A stretch of 64,000 nucleotides of DNA from Puniceicoccaceae bacterium (lineage in GTDB: Bacteria > Verrucomicrobiota > Verrucomicrobiia > Opitutales > Oceanipulchritudinaceae), in assembly GCA_040830765.1 (NCBI GenBank), contig JBFOMH010000019.1, positions 96,001 to 160,000 of the forward strand, read 5' to 3'. How positions within the stretch are numbered: the stretch's first letter is position 1; each line of letters opens with the position of its first letter. Below the pieces are notes generated by a model. That model searched no databases and was not told the origin of the DNA. It worked only from the letters and a program-made list of their open reading frames with translations. Positions 1 to 9,706 of this stretch are shown here, piece after piece. The translations under genes were made by a program, and so were the position numbers.

Positions 1-1
1 T

Positions 2-2029
2 GTCGATGGGGTCGACCTGAAGGACCTGATCACGGGAAGAGTGGAGCAACTCGCCCCTCGTCCCCTGTTCTGGTTTTTCCCGAAGTACGCCGGCTGGAAC
101 AAGAAATCCGAGTTATGGCGCGACGAATGGCGCAACGTCATCCTGGATGGCGGATACAAACTGATTGAATACAGGGAAACCGGCCGGGTGGAACTGTTTA
201 ATCTACAGGAAGATCCCTTTGAGACAAAGGAATTGAGCGATGCGGAGCCGGAGAAGGCAAAGGAACTGCAACAAAAACTGGCCAACTGGAAACAATCCGT
301 CGGAGCCCCGCCAGAAGTGCCGAACCCCGGCTACACCGGCCCTCTGGAAGTTGACGAATTGATGGCCTACGAGGTCGATGCCTCGGTGGAGCTTCCCACG
401 GCCTCGCGGGCAGCCCATGAAGCCTGGAAGGACCAGCGCTTCGGCATGTTCATCCACTGGGGACCCATTTCCCAGATGGGCAAGCAACTGAGCCACTCGC
501 GCAAAAGTCCCAGCCATCGCACTGGCGGGCGCCCCTACAAGACCGCCCCGATCCCTCCGGAAGTCTATGATGTCCAGTACAAGACGTTCAATCCGGTCAA
601 CTTTGATCCGGATGCCATGATGAAGATGGCCCGTGCCGCCGGAGTGGAGTACGTCGTCTTCACCGCCAAGCACCACGCCGGCTTTTCCATGTTCGATTCC
701 GCAGTGACCGAATACGATATTCTGTCTACCCCCTACGGAAAGGACATCACCCGTGAGCTCGCGGATGCCGCCCGGAACAACGGAATTGATTTCGGATTTT
801 ACTATTCCCCGCGCGACTGGTATCATCCCGATTGTGATTCTGAGAGTCACCACCAGCGCTACATCGAGCAATTCTACAAACCCCAAATGACCGAGCTCCT
901 TGAGAACTACGGCCCGATTCATTCCATCTTTTTCGATGGATTGGGACCGGGAGACTGGGGCGACACCTCTGCAGAAGTCATGAAAATGATCCGGGATCGC
1001 CACCCGGATGCCATGGTCAATGACCGCGGCGGCGCCGGGGCCGACTATTACACGCCAGAACATTACATAAGTTACTTCAACAATGACGTCTCCTGGGAGG
1101 CCTGTCACACCACGACCGGACAATGGGGCTACAATCCGGATGTCGGGGCCAAGTCGCTGCCTGATTTAATGGAGATTCTCCTTTATACATGGGGTGGCGA
1201 CGGCAACATCCTGCTTAACATAGGTCCCATGGGGGATGGCTCAGTCAATCCGGTGGAACAGGAACGCTTCGGGCAACTGGCCGATTGGTGGCGCGTGCAT
1301 GGTGAGGTCAGTATCCGCGGAACACGAGGTGGCCCCTACATTCCTGGTCCATGGGGCGTATCCACCCGCAAGGATAACCAAATCTTCCTGCACATCTTCC
1401 GCTGGGGAGAAGGCGGAACGCTCTCCTTCCCGGCGTTCGAAGGGATGAAACTCAAGACTGCCCGGCGGCTTGACGGAGGTCCGGTCAGCGCCAGCGAATC
1501 CAATGGCCACTACCAGGTGCAGATTGATCCGAAAAGCCGCAATGACATTGTCACTACAGTTGAGTTGTCGTTCGACAAGCCAGTTTCCGGACTGGAACCC
1601 CTCCAACGCATCCAAAGCCTGACAATTTCAGCTGTTCTTGATAGCTCCCACAACCGGAAAGAACTACCCTTCCTGCGCGACCAGGATGTCCATACGGAAT
1701 GGTACGCTTACCTGCAACCTGAGGATAACAAGGAACTCTGGCTGGAGGCCCGCTTTAAGGAACCGGTAACCATCGGCGCATTCAGCGGTGCCCGCGGCGA
1801 GCACTGGGCACCCCAGCACCGGGCGGATCTACAGGTCCTGAATGAAAGCGGTGATTGGGAAACCGTCTCCGGCAAGTTTAACCGCTTCCGCTTCACTACC
1901 ATGAATTGCCTTCCCCAGCCGGTCACGACCGACCGGGTGCGCCTGCGGATCCAGAGGATCCGCAGCTATTCCAACCCCCAACACTTCGTCCTGGCGGAAT
2001 GGGAGCTCTTTCCGCCGATTGAGAATTAA
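2..2029 (+). CDS. Sulfatase C-terminal region fused to GH29 alpha-L-fucosidase with C-terminal F5/8-type-C-like domain (5' partial)
   Basis: The frame is open from base 2 (VDGVDLKDLITG...), so the gene starts upstream. It has a sulfatase tail (DGVDL, YKLI, ELFNLQEDPFE), then GH29 motifs RFGMFIHWG, FTAKHHAGF, FGFYYSPRDW, FFDG (nucleophile region), VNDR, WEACHT, LLNIGP. It ends in a discoidin-like PVTTDRVRLRI...LAEWELF. Confidence 0.9.
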   Translation, partial: VDGVDLKDLITGRVEQLAPRPLFWFFPKYAGWNKKSELWRDEWRNVILDGGYKLIEYRETGRVELFNLQEDPFETKELSDAEPEKAKELQQKLANWKQSVGAPPEVPNPGYTGPLEVDELMAYEVDASVELPTASRAAHEAWKDQRFGMFIHWGPISQMGKQLSHSRKSPSHRTGGRPYKTAPIPPEVYDVQYKTFNPVNFDPDAMMKMARAAGVEYVVFTAKHHAGFSMFDSAVTEYDILSTPYGKDITRELADAARNNGIDFGFYYSPRDWYHPDCDSESHHQRYIEQFYKPQMTELLENYGPIHSIFFDGLGPGDWGDTSAEVMKMIRDRHPDAMVNDRGGAGADYYTPEHYISYFNNDVSWEACHTTTGQWGYNPDVGAKSLPDLMEILLYTWGGDGNILLNIGPMGDGSVNPVEQERFGQLADWWRVHGEVSIRGTRGGPYIPGPWGVSTRKDNQIFLHIFRWGEGGTLSFPAFEGMKLKTARRLDGGPVSASESNGHYQVQIDPKSRNDIVTTVELSFDKPVSGLEPLQRIQSLTISAVLDSSHNRKELPFLRDQDVHTEWYAYLQPEDNKELWLEARFKEPVTIGAFSGARGEHWAPQHRADLQVLNESGDWETVSGKFNRFRFTTMNCLPQPVTTDRVRLRIQRIRSYSNPQHFVLAEWELFPPIEN

Positions 2030-2056
2030 CAAAATAACTACCAAACCACGCTAAAT

Positions 2057-5000
2057 ATGAAACTCCACAAATACATACTACCACTACTCGTTCCGTTGAC
2101 GCCTGTTTTTGCACAGACCGAAGAAGGAACCGCTGAAGAAGAAGTATTCGAACTCTCCCCCTTCGTCGTCGATGCCGGGGAAGATACCGGATACTACGCC
2201 TCCCAGACCCTTGCCGGAACCCGCTTGAAGACCAATGTCCAGGACGTCGGATCCTCCATCCAGATCCTTACCGAGGACTTCCTTGATGACGTTGGGGCGG
2301 ATGACGTCAACGACCTCTTCCTCTACACCACCAATACGGAAGCCGCTGGACTGAACGGGAATTTCACGGACTACACCACCGGAGAAACCTCCCTTGGAGA
2401 TGAGGCTTTCAGAATTGATCCCCAAGGTGCGCAGCGGGTCCGTGGTCTCTCCCGGGCGGACCTGACCCGGAACTACTTCCTCACCCGCCTGCCCAGCGAC
2501 CGCTACAACACCGAGCGGGTGGAAATCAACCGTGGAGCCAATTCCATTCTCTTCGGTCTCGGCAGCCCTGCCGGTATCGCCAACACCTCCCTCAAGCAGG
2601 CCCGCTATTCCGACTTTGGGGAAATCCGTTACCGTCTCGATGGCGAAGGGACCCACCGCGGAGAACTGGACTACAATACCGAAGTCATCGACGGCAAACT
2701 GGCCGTCCGCTTCGGAGTCCTTGTTGATCGTACCAAGTACCGCCAGGAGCCCGCCTTTGAGGATGACGACCGTTTTTATGTCAACCTCAACGCCCGCCCC
2801 TGGAAGGGTGCGGCCGTACGTGCATGGGCGGAAACCGGCAAGCGCAAGGCCAACCGGCCCAGTCTCATCTTCCCGGCCAGCACAATCAAGTTCTGGTTTG
2901 ATGCTTCCCCGGAGGTCAACGGCCAAATCCAGGATATTTTGGATGAGAATGGCGTGCTCAACATCAGCGGCAATCCGCTGACTGTGCCATCTACCAACCG
3001 AATCGCCTATGATCCGGACCTTTATGATAAGTGGGCCCGGAATATAAACAACATCATCAATGCCGATGATGTGAACCTCGATGGCGTGGTAGATGGAGCT
3101 GATGACACGGCCCGCATCATGGCCCTTCAGAATGCCATAGTATTTCCCCAGAACAATGCCGACCGCTATGTGAAGCATCCCAATGCCTCCCGCCAGTTGT
3201 TGAAAGTATTCAACTATAATCAAGCAGTGGCCGGCGGCGCACCCTACGGCGTCGACACCATTCAGAGCAACCTGAACTCCGCTCAGTGGCGACCCAAGCT
3301 GAAAGGCGGCGTCCCACCGGAAACCGACTTGAGCGGTAATGGACGGTTTTCCTACAACTACAATTCGTCCATCCAGCCATGGCGCGACCGCGATCCGGTT
3401 CTCGTTCCGGAAAGTATTGATGACCTGGCTATCTACGACTTCACGGAGAACCTGCTCTCCGGTGACTCCGCCTTCCAGAATGATGACTTCGACCAATACA
3501 ACATCGCCTTCGAGCAGTTGCTGTTTGAAGAAAAATTCGGCATCGAGATTGCCTATGACAAGCAATCCTACGAAAGGGAAACATTTGTTCCCTTCCAAGG
3601 CTTCACTGGCGTCTTTGTCGACACCATGCCATCCTACCTCGGGGCACCGAATCCGAATTACGGCCGGGCATTTGTCCAGGCCCGTACCAATAAGATCGAT
3701 ATCACCGATGACCGGGATTCTTTCCGTGCGACCGCCTTCTTCCGCTTCAATCCAGCGGAGATATGGGAGGACTCCCGCATCGCCGCATGGCTCGGGGAGC
3801 ACACCTTCACCGGCCTCTATAATGATTATTCGCAGTCGTTTACGCGATCGGCCTTCAATCAGTACTACACCGACCAGTATGCCGGTTCGACACTCCGGGA
3901 CAACGATACCCAGATCGCAGACAGCAATCGCCGGTTCAACTACATCGTCTACATCGGCGACCAGAACCTCTACGATGTCGGTACGTATGACGAAGTCCGC
4001 CTCCACCGCATGACCGACCAGCAGTTGTGGAATCCCGGGCAAACCGCTACCTTCACCGATATTGATCCGGTTACAGGCGAGTTAATGGAGACAACGATTA
4101 CCTCGGAAGTATTCATGGATAACTACACCCTGGAGACACTGGACAATGAGTCTTATGCTGCCATCTGGAATGGTCATTTCTTCAATGGGAACCTGATTGG
4201 TCTCGTTGGCTGGCGTCAGGACGAGGTCTATGCAGTCAACTATGATGCCGATATCGATCCGGACACGGCCCTGGCGCATCCGGACCGGCTCCTGATCAAT
4301 GGTATTGATGACCGCAAGGTGGAAAGCCTCAGTTGGTCAGTGGTCGCTCATGTACCTGACCGGTGGATGCCACAGGGTACCGGAGTCACCCTTCATTACG
4401 GTTACTCGGAAAACTTCCAGCTGGGAACGACCGGTGTGGACCTCTACGGCAACCAGGTTGCCCCGCCAGCCGGAGAAACCAAGGAATACGGGATCACCGC
4501 TTCCCTCTTCGATGGAAAGCTCTATGCCCGTCTGAACTGGTACGAGACGAGCCTCCTAAACCGTCCCTTGGAAGGCAGCGCCAACCTCTACGATACCTTC
4601 ATCGACCGGATCCTGTTGCACACCTATGCCAACCTCAAGGAATCACAGGTCGCCGGTCCGCAAGATCCTGTAATCGACCCGGATACCGGAGAACCCGACC
4701 CGAATTCCGGAACGGAAAACTTCGATCTCGGCATGGCTGCCCTCGCCGGGCTTGAGCCCCTGATTCCGCAATCCGCACTGGAGGCCGCGAACCTGGTTGG
4801 CATTGATGGCACCGGTAATGTCGCCACCAACCGCCGCGACCTTAACTGGGCCGACACAGAGGACGTCACTGCGGAGGGCTTCGAAGTGGAACTTACCTAC
4901 AACCCGACTCGCAGTTGGCGGATCTCGCTCAACGTAGCCCAGCAGGAAACCGTTACCAGCAACTACTCGCCACGATTGGCAGCATTGCTTGAGCTGACGG

Positions 5001-5575
5001 ATCCCTGGCTCAACAGCGCCACCGGCTCCATCAAGGACCTCCGCTTCTTCCCCAATTACGACAACGATCCTATCCAGTGGATGACCGGGCCTTTCGTTGA
5101 TACCAATGAGATTGGCGAACGCAGCGAGCTGCTGGTCTATGATGAGTACCGCAATGCCGTCGCCCAGCAGGGCAAGGTATCCGCGGAGCAACGCGAGTGG
5201 CGGGTCAACCTGATCACCAATTACAACTTCCGTGACGGCCGCCTCAAGGGCTTTGGTATCGGGGGTGCCCTGCGCTGGCAGGACGGAGCGGTCATCGGTT
5301 ACCCGACCGAATTGATTGACGGCCAATTCATCTCGGATATCGACAATCCACACGTTGCGCCAAGTGAAACCACGGTCGATGCCTGGATCCGCTACCGTAC
5401 CAAGATCTTCAAGGGGAAGGTTGACTGGCAGATCGAATTGCGCGTCCAGAACCTCAATACCGACGCGGATGACTTGATCCCGGTGGTGGCCAAGAACTCC
5501 CAGGAGTACGAGGTCGCTGTCTGGCGCTCCGGCCCTCCGCGGGTCTTCCGCCTGACCAATACCTTCAAGTTCTAG
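2057..5575 (+). CDS. TonB-dependent outer-membrane receptor (verrucomicrobial type)
   Basis: Signal peptide, ELSPFVV...GYYASQTLAGTRLKT plug signature, RVEINRGANSILFG, and a C-terminal beta-strand ending in F (RLTNTFKF). Confidence 0.93.
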   Translation: MKLHKYILPLLVPLTPVFAQTEEGTAEEEVFELSPFVVDAGEDTGYYASQTLAGTRLKTNVQDVGSSIQILTEDFLDDVGADDVNDLFLYTTNTEAAGLNGNFTDYTTGETSLGDEAFRIDPQGAQRVRGLSRADLTRNYFLTRLPSDRYNTERVEINRGANSILFGLGSPAGIANTSLKQARYSDFGEIRYRLDGEGTHRGELDYNTEVIDGKLAVRFGVLVDRTKYRQEPAFEDDDRFYVNLNARPWKGAAVRAWAETGKRKANRPSLIFPASTIKFWFDASPEVNGQIQDILDENGVLNISGNPLTVPSTNRIAYDPDLYDKWARNINNIINADDVNLDGVVDGADDTARIMALQNAIVFPQNNADRYVKHPNASRQLLKVFNYNQAVAGGAPYGVDTIQSNLNSAQWRPKLKGGVPPETDLSGNGRFSYNYNSSIQPWRDRDPVLVPESIDDLAIYDFTENLLSGDSAFQNDDFDQYNIAFEQLLFEEKFGIEIAYDKQSYERETFVPFQGFTGVFVDTMPSYLGAPNPNYGRAFVQARTNKIDITDDRDSFRATAFFRFNPAEIWEDSRIAAWLGEHTFTGLYNDYSQSFTRSAFNQYYTDQYAGSTLRDNDTQIADSNRRFNYIVYIGDQNLYDVGTYDEVRLHRMTDQQLWNPGQTATFTDIDPVTGELMETTITSEVFMDNYTLETLDNESYAAIWNGHFFNGNLIGLVGWRQDEVYAVNYDADIDPDTALAHPDRLLINGIDDRKVESLSWSVVAHVPDRWMPQGTGVTLHYGYSENFQLGTTGVDLYGNQVAPPAGETKEYGITASLFDGKLYARLNWYETSLLNRPLEGSANLYDTFIDRILLHTYANLKESQVAGPQDPVIDPDTGEPDPNSGTENFDLGMAALAGLEPLIPQSALEAANLVGIDGTGNVATNRRDLNWADTEDVTAEGFEVELTYNPTRSWRISLNVAQQETVTSNYSPRLAALLELTDPWLNSATGSIKDLRFFPNYDNDPIQWMTGPFVDTNEIGERSELLVYDEYRNAVAQQGKVSAEQREWRVNLITNYNFRDGRLKGFGIGGALRWQDGAVIGYPTELIDGQFISDIDNPHVAPSETTVDAWIRYRTKIFKGKVDWQIELRVQNLNTDADDLIPVVAKNSQEYEVAVWRSGPPRVFRLTNTFKF

Positions 5576-5592
5576 GGTTATCATATTCACGC

Positions 5593-5622
5593 ATGCGGGC
5601 CTGGCTCAACCCGGGCCCGCAT
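5593..5622 (+). promoter_or_regulatory. Intergenic GC-rich stem-loop (possible mRNA-stabilising or attenuating hairpin)
   Basis: atgcgggcctgg-ctcaac-ccgggcccgcat forms a 12-bp stem with one G-U pair and has no clear U-tract. It lies just after the TonB receptor stop. Confidence 0.5.
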
Positions 5623-5649
5623 TCCCCAACCATTTATCCTGCTTTAATT

Positions 5650-8085
5650 GTGGAATACGGATACTTTGACGACGCCTCGCGCGAATACGTGATCACCCGC
5701 CCGGACACCCCTCTGCCCTGGCTCAATTACCTCGGGCAGGACGATTTCTTCGGGCTCTGTACCAACACTGGCGGCGGCTATCACTTCTACCGCGATGCCA
5801 AGCTGCGGCGGGTCACGCGCTACCGCTACAACACTGTCCCGCTGGACGAAAGCGGCCGCTATCTCTATCTCAAGGATGGCGAAACGGTCTGGAGCCCGGC
5901 ATGGAAGCCCGCGCGCACGGAACTGGACCGCTACGAATGCCGCCATGGGACCGGTTACACCCGCTTTCTTTCGGAAAAGGACGGCCTCTCGGCCGACCTG
6001 CGCTTCTTTATTCCGCGCAATGACCCGGTGGAGATCTGGACCCTGAAGTTAAGCAATGAAACGGGTTCGGCAAAGGAACTGACCCTCACCTCCTACCTCG
6101 AATTCTGCTTCTACGAGGCCTTGAATGATGCCACCAACTACCAGCGCACATGGTCCATTGGCGAGGTCGAGGTCCACGGGGGCAGCATCTATCACAAGAC
6201 GGAGTACCGTGAGCGACGCAGTCACTACACGGTCTTTCATTCCTACGAGCCGGTGGATGGATTCGACACGGATCAGTTTTCCTTCCTTGGCAGCACCCGG
6301 GGCATCAGCAATCCGGTGACCGTCGAAAGGGGTCAGGCCGGTAACAGCATTGCGTCCGGATGGAATCCGATTGGCTCCCATTGTATCAAGGTAAAACTGG
6401 AGCCGGGTGAAGAAAGAGAGCTGACCTTTCTTCTCACCTACGTGGAGGTCCCCGAAGAGGCCAAATGGAACAAGGACGGCTCCATCAACCGTGGCCCGGC
6501 GGAGGAAGTCATTGCCCGCTATGGCGATTCCGCGGCCGTGGAGAACGCGTTTGACGGACTGCGGGAGGACTGGGAAGCCCTCCTCGGTAATTTTCAACTG
6601 GAGACCCCTTGCCCGGTCATGAACCGCATGGGCAATACCTGGAACCAGATCCAATGCATGGCCACCTTCAACCTGAGCCGCTCCGCCAGTCTCTTTGAAA
6701 CGGGCATTGGCCGTGGCATGGGCTACCGCGACAGCAATCAGGACCTGCTTGGCTTTGTCCACATGGTGCCGGAAAAGGCGCGTCAGCGGATCCTCGATAT
6801 TGCCGCCACCCAGCTACAAAGCGGCCTCTGTTACCACCAGTACCAGCCCCTGACCAAGCAGGGCAATGCCGACATCGGCGGGGAATTCATGGACGACCAC
6901 CTCTGGCTCATCCTCTCCACCACCGCCTACATCAAGGAAACCGGAGACTTCTCCATCCTTTCAGAAAACATTGGCTACGCCGATAAACAGGAAAAGGAAG
7001 GCACCCTCGCTGACCACCTCTGGACCAGCTTCCGCTATACTTTAGACAACCTGGGTCCAACAGGTTTCCCCCTTATCGGCCATGCCGACTGGAATGACTG
7101 CCTCAACCTGAATTGCTTTTCCACCGAGCCGAACGAGTCCTTCCAGACCGCGCCCCACCGGACGGATGGCAAGGTAGCCGAGTCGCTCATGATTGCGGGC
7201 CTCTTCCTTGCCGCCTGCCGTGAACTGGAAGGTCTGTATCGAAATACCGGTGACAACGAACAGGCCGAATCCGTCGCCATGGCCAGCCGGGACATGCTCA
7301 AGATGGTCGAGGAGAAGGGCTGGGACGGCGAGTGGTACCTGCGGGCCTTTGATGCCCATGGCAATTCGGTCGGCTCCGCGCAGAACACATTCGGAAAAAT
7401 CTACATCGAGAGCCAAGGCTGGCTCCTTCTCGGTGGGGCCGGTCAGGAAAATGGCCGGGCCAGGCAGGCACTGGAAAGCGTCCATGAGCACCTCTTCACC
7501 GACTATGGCTGCGTCATCCTCGACCCACCCTACCGGCGGTACCAGGTCGAGTTGGGCGAAGTCTCCAGCTATCCGCCGGGCTACAAAGAGAACGGGGGAA
7601 TATTCTGCCACAATAACCCGTGGATTCACCTTGCACTGCTCAACGCAGGCATGGGCGACCGCGCCTACGCCTACTACAAGAGCATTTGTCCGGCCGCCCA
7701 AGCGGATCTTTCCCTCTACAAGTCGGAGCCCTATGTCTATTCCCAGATGATAGCCGGTAAAGCCGCCCTCAACCACGGGGAGGCCAAGAATGCCTGGCTC
7801 ACCGGGACCGCGGCATGGACCCTCCTCACCGTCATGCAGGGCTTTGCCGGGCTGAAACCGGATTTCGACGGGCTGGAACTGGATCCGTGTATCCCTTCCG
7901 ATTGGCCGGAAATCAAACTTACCCGCAAGATCCGCGGAACGACCTATAAGATCCATGTTCGCAACCCGGATGGGGTCTGCAAGGGCATCAAGCGCCTGGA
8001 AGTCGACGGGCAGTCCATTGAAGGTAATCGTATTCCCTATCTTTCGAACAATGACGTGGTGGAAGTTGTCGCACAATTAGGATAA
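5650..8085 (+). CDS. GH94 glycoside phosphorylase, cellobiose phosphorylase-like
   Basis: Likely start GTG 5650 (MEYGYFDD..REYVITRPDTP.PW.NYLG). Motifs GRGMGYRDSNQD, YHQYQPL, ADWNDCLNLNCFS..P.ESFQT (catalytic Asp), YPPGYKENGGIFCHNNPW, WLTGTAAW. Confidence 0.92.
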   Translation: MEYGYFDDASREYVITRPDTPLPWLNYLGQDDFFGLCTNTGGGYHFYRDAKLRRVTRYRYNTVPLDESGRYLYLKDGETVWSPAWKPARTELDRYECRHGTGYTRFLSEKDGLSADLRFFIPRNDPVEIWTLKLSNETGSAKELTLTSYLEFCFYEALNDATNYQRTWSIGEVEVHGGSIYHKTEYRERRSHYTVFHSYEPVDGFDTDQFSFLGSTRGISNPVTVERGQAGNSIASGWNPIGSHCIKVKLEPGEERELTFLLTYVEVPEEAKWNKDGSINRGPAEEVIARYGDSAAVENAFDGLREDWEALLGNFQLETPCPVMNRMGNTWNQIQCMATFNLSRSASLFETGIGRGMGYRDSNQDLLGFVHMVPEKARQRILDIAATQLQSGLCYHQYQPLTKQGNADIGGEFMDDHLWLILSTTAYIKETGDFSILSENIGYADKQEKEGTLADHLWTSFRYTLDNLGPTGFPLIGHADWNDCLNLNCFSTEPNESFQTAPHRTDGKVAESLMIAGLFLAACRELEGLYRNTGDNEQAESVAMASRDMLKMVEEKGWDGEWYLRAFDAHGNSVGSAQNTFGKIYIESQGWLLLGGAGQENGRARQALESVHEHLFTDYGCVILDPPYRRYQVELGEVSSYPPGYKENGGIFCHNNPWIHLALLNAGMGDRAYAYYKSICPAAQADLSLYKSEPYVYSQMIAGKAALNHGEAKNAWLTGTAAWTLLTVMQGFAGLKPDFDGLELDPCIPSDWPEIKLTRKIRGTTYKIHVRNPDGVCKGIKRLEVDGQSIEGNRIPYLSNNDVVEVVAQLG

Positions 8086-8088
8086 GCC

Positions 8089-9672
8089 ATGAAGAAATTG
8101 ATGAACCAGACCTGCAGACTGGCACATTGCCTGAAGGGGGCCTTCCTCCTATTCGGATTGTTCGTGGCCCTTCTTGGCTCGATCCACGCCGGGGAACGTC
8201 CGAATATCCTGATGATCGTTGTCGATGACCTGAAGCCAAACATCGGCAGCTTTGGGGACGCACAAGCCATTACCCCGGCGTTGGACAAGCTTTCCGCCCG
8301 CGGTACCGTATTCCTCAACAGCCACTGCCAGCAGGCGGTCTGCGGGGCTTCACGTGCCAGTGCCCTCACCGGCCTGCGTCCGGACACCGTGCAGGTCTGG
8401 GACTTTCAGTCACGCATGCGCGATGCCTTGCCGGATCTGGTGACCCTGCCACAGTATTTCAAGAATTCCGGTTACCACACCGCCTCCATCGGAAAGATCT
8501 TCGATTTCCGCTGTTGTGACGGCCGCGAAACCAATGATGTCGCCTCATGGAGTCAGCCGCACACGACCATGCATGCCCCGCATCTGGCAAAAAGTTATTA
8601 CGGGGATCCGGAAACCATCCGCAGACTCGAGGAAGGCGAATCGAAAGCCCGCGCAGCGGGCAAAACCACCCAAGGCGAGATCCGCCAGTTCACCCAGTTC
8701 TTTCCGACAACCGAATGCCTTCCGGAGAATGTGCCGGACAACTTCTACGAGGACGGCATGCGGACCGATCATGCTGTTGACCTGATGAAGGATCTGGCCG
8801 CTTCCGATAATCCCTTTTTCCTGGCAGTCGGTTACAAGAAGCCTCACCTGCCCTTTGTCGCTCCAAAAAAGTACTGGGACATTTATGATCCGCAGGATCT
8901 CTCCCTGGCTGCGTATCAACAGATGCCGGAAGGGGCACCTGAGTACCACTTCCAGGACTCCTGGGAACTGCGCGGGGGCTACGCGCCCATACCGGAAGGC
9001 CGCCTGCCGGATGCCATGCAGAGGCACATGATCCACGGCTACTACGCCTGTGTCTCCTACATCGACAAACAGGTGGAGAAACTGATGGAGGCACTCGAGG
9101 AAAACGGGATTTCGGAAAACACCATTGTCATCCTCTGGGGCGACCACGGTTGGCACCTTGGCGACCATGGCATGTGGTGCAAGCATACCAACTACGAGCA
9201 GGCCACCCGCTCTCCCCTTCTCATTGTCGATCCGCGGATGGCTTACCAGACCCGGACAACCATGAAACCGGTGGAGTTCCTCGACATGGCCCCCACTCTC
9301 GCAGAGCTAGCGGGCTTGCCGGTTCCCGAGGCCTTTGAAGGTCGCAGCCTCGTTCCCCTGCTGGAGTGCCCCGACTCGAACATCAAGCCATTCGCCGTCA
9401 GCCAGTTTGCCCGTTCACAGGGCGCTCCCAACAATCTCATGGGCTACGCCTTCCGCGATGAGCAACATCGCCTTATCCTCTGGCTGAAAATGGATTACAA
9501 GGGCGGCCAGCGGCAGGGTAAGTTGATCGATAAAGAACTCTATGACTATGCTGAGGATCCCCTTGAAACCCGCAACCTCGCCGTGGACCCGGAGCATTCT
9601 GATTTGCTCAGCGAGATGATGGACGCGGCCGCCGCCTTTGCTGCCGAACAGATGACCATCTCATGGAAATAA
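8089..9672 (+). CDS. Secreted Cys-type (S1) sulfatase, iduronate-2-sulfatase-like
   Basis: Signal peptide, PNILMIVVDDL, FGly motif CGASRASALTG, GKIF, KPHLPFVAPK, WGDHGWHLGDHG. Confidence 0.92.
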   Translation: MKKLMNQTCRLAHCLKGAFLLFGLFVALLGSIHAGERPNILMIVVDDLKPNIGSFGDAQAITPALDKLSARGTVFLNSHCQQAVCGASRASALTGLRPDTVQVWDFQSRMRDALPDLVTLPQYFKNSGYHTASIGKIFDFRCCDGRETNDVASWSQPHTTMHAPHLAKSYYGDPETIRRLEEGESKARAAGKTTQGEIRQFTQFFPTTECLPENVPDNFYEDGMRTDHAVDLMKDLAASDNPFFLAVGYKKPHLPFVAPKKYWDIYDPQDLSLAAYQQMPEGAPEYHFQDSWELRGGYAPIPEGRLPDAMQRHMIHGYYACVSYIDKQVEKLMEALEENGISENTIVILWGDHGWHLGDHGMWCKHTNYEQATRSPLLIVDPRMAYQTRTTMKPVEFLDMAPTLAELAGLPVPEAFEGRSLVPLLECPDSNIKPFAVSQFARSQGAPNNLMGYAFRDEQHRLILWLKMDYKGGQRQGKLIDKELYDYAEDPLETRNLAVDPEHSDLLSEMMDAAAAFAAEQMTISWK

Positions 9673-9706
9673 ACCAGGAATCCTTTCACCCCCAAAACAC
9701 ATCCCG

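Noticed and set aside
2084..4042. 652-aa minus-strand ORF and other ORFs opposite locus genes
   Set aside because: They lie entirely antisense to well-supported genes and lack protein-like motifs.
5593..5649. Track starts at 5593, 12290, 20823, 24479, 24622 and 27573
   Set aside because: Downstream starts match family N-termini or signal peptides better, so the extensions are probably not translated.
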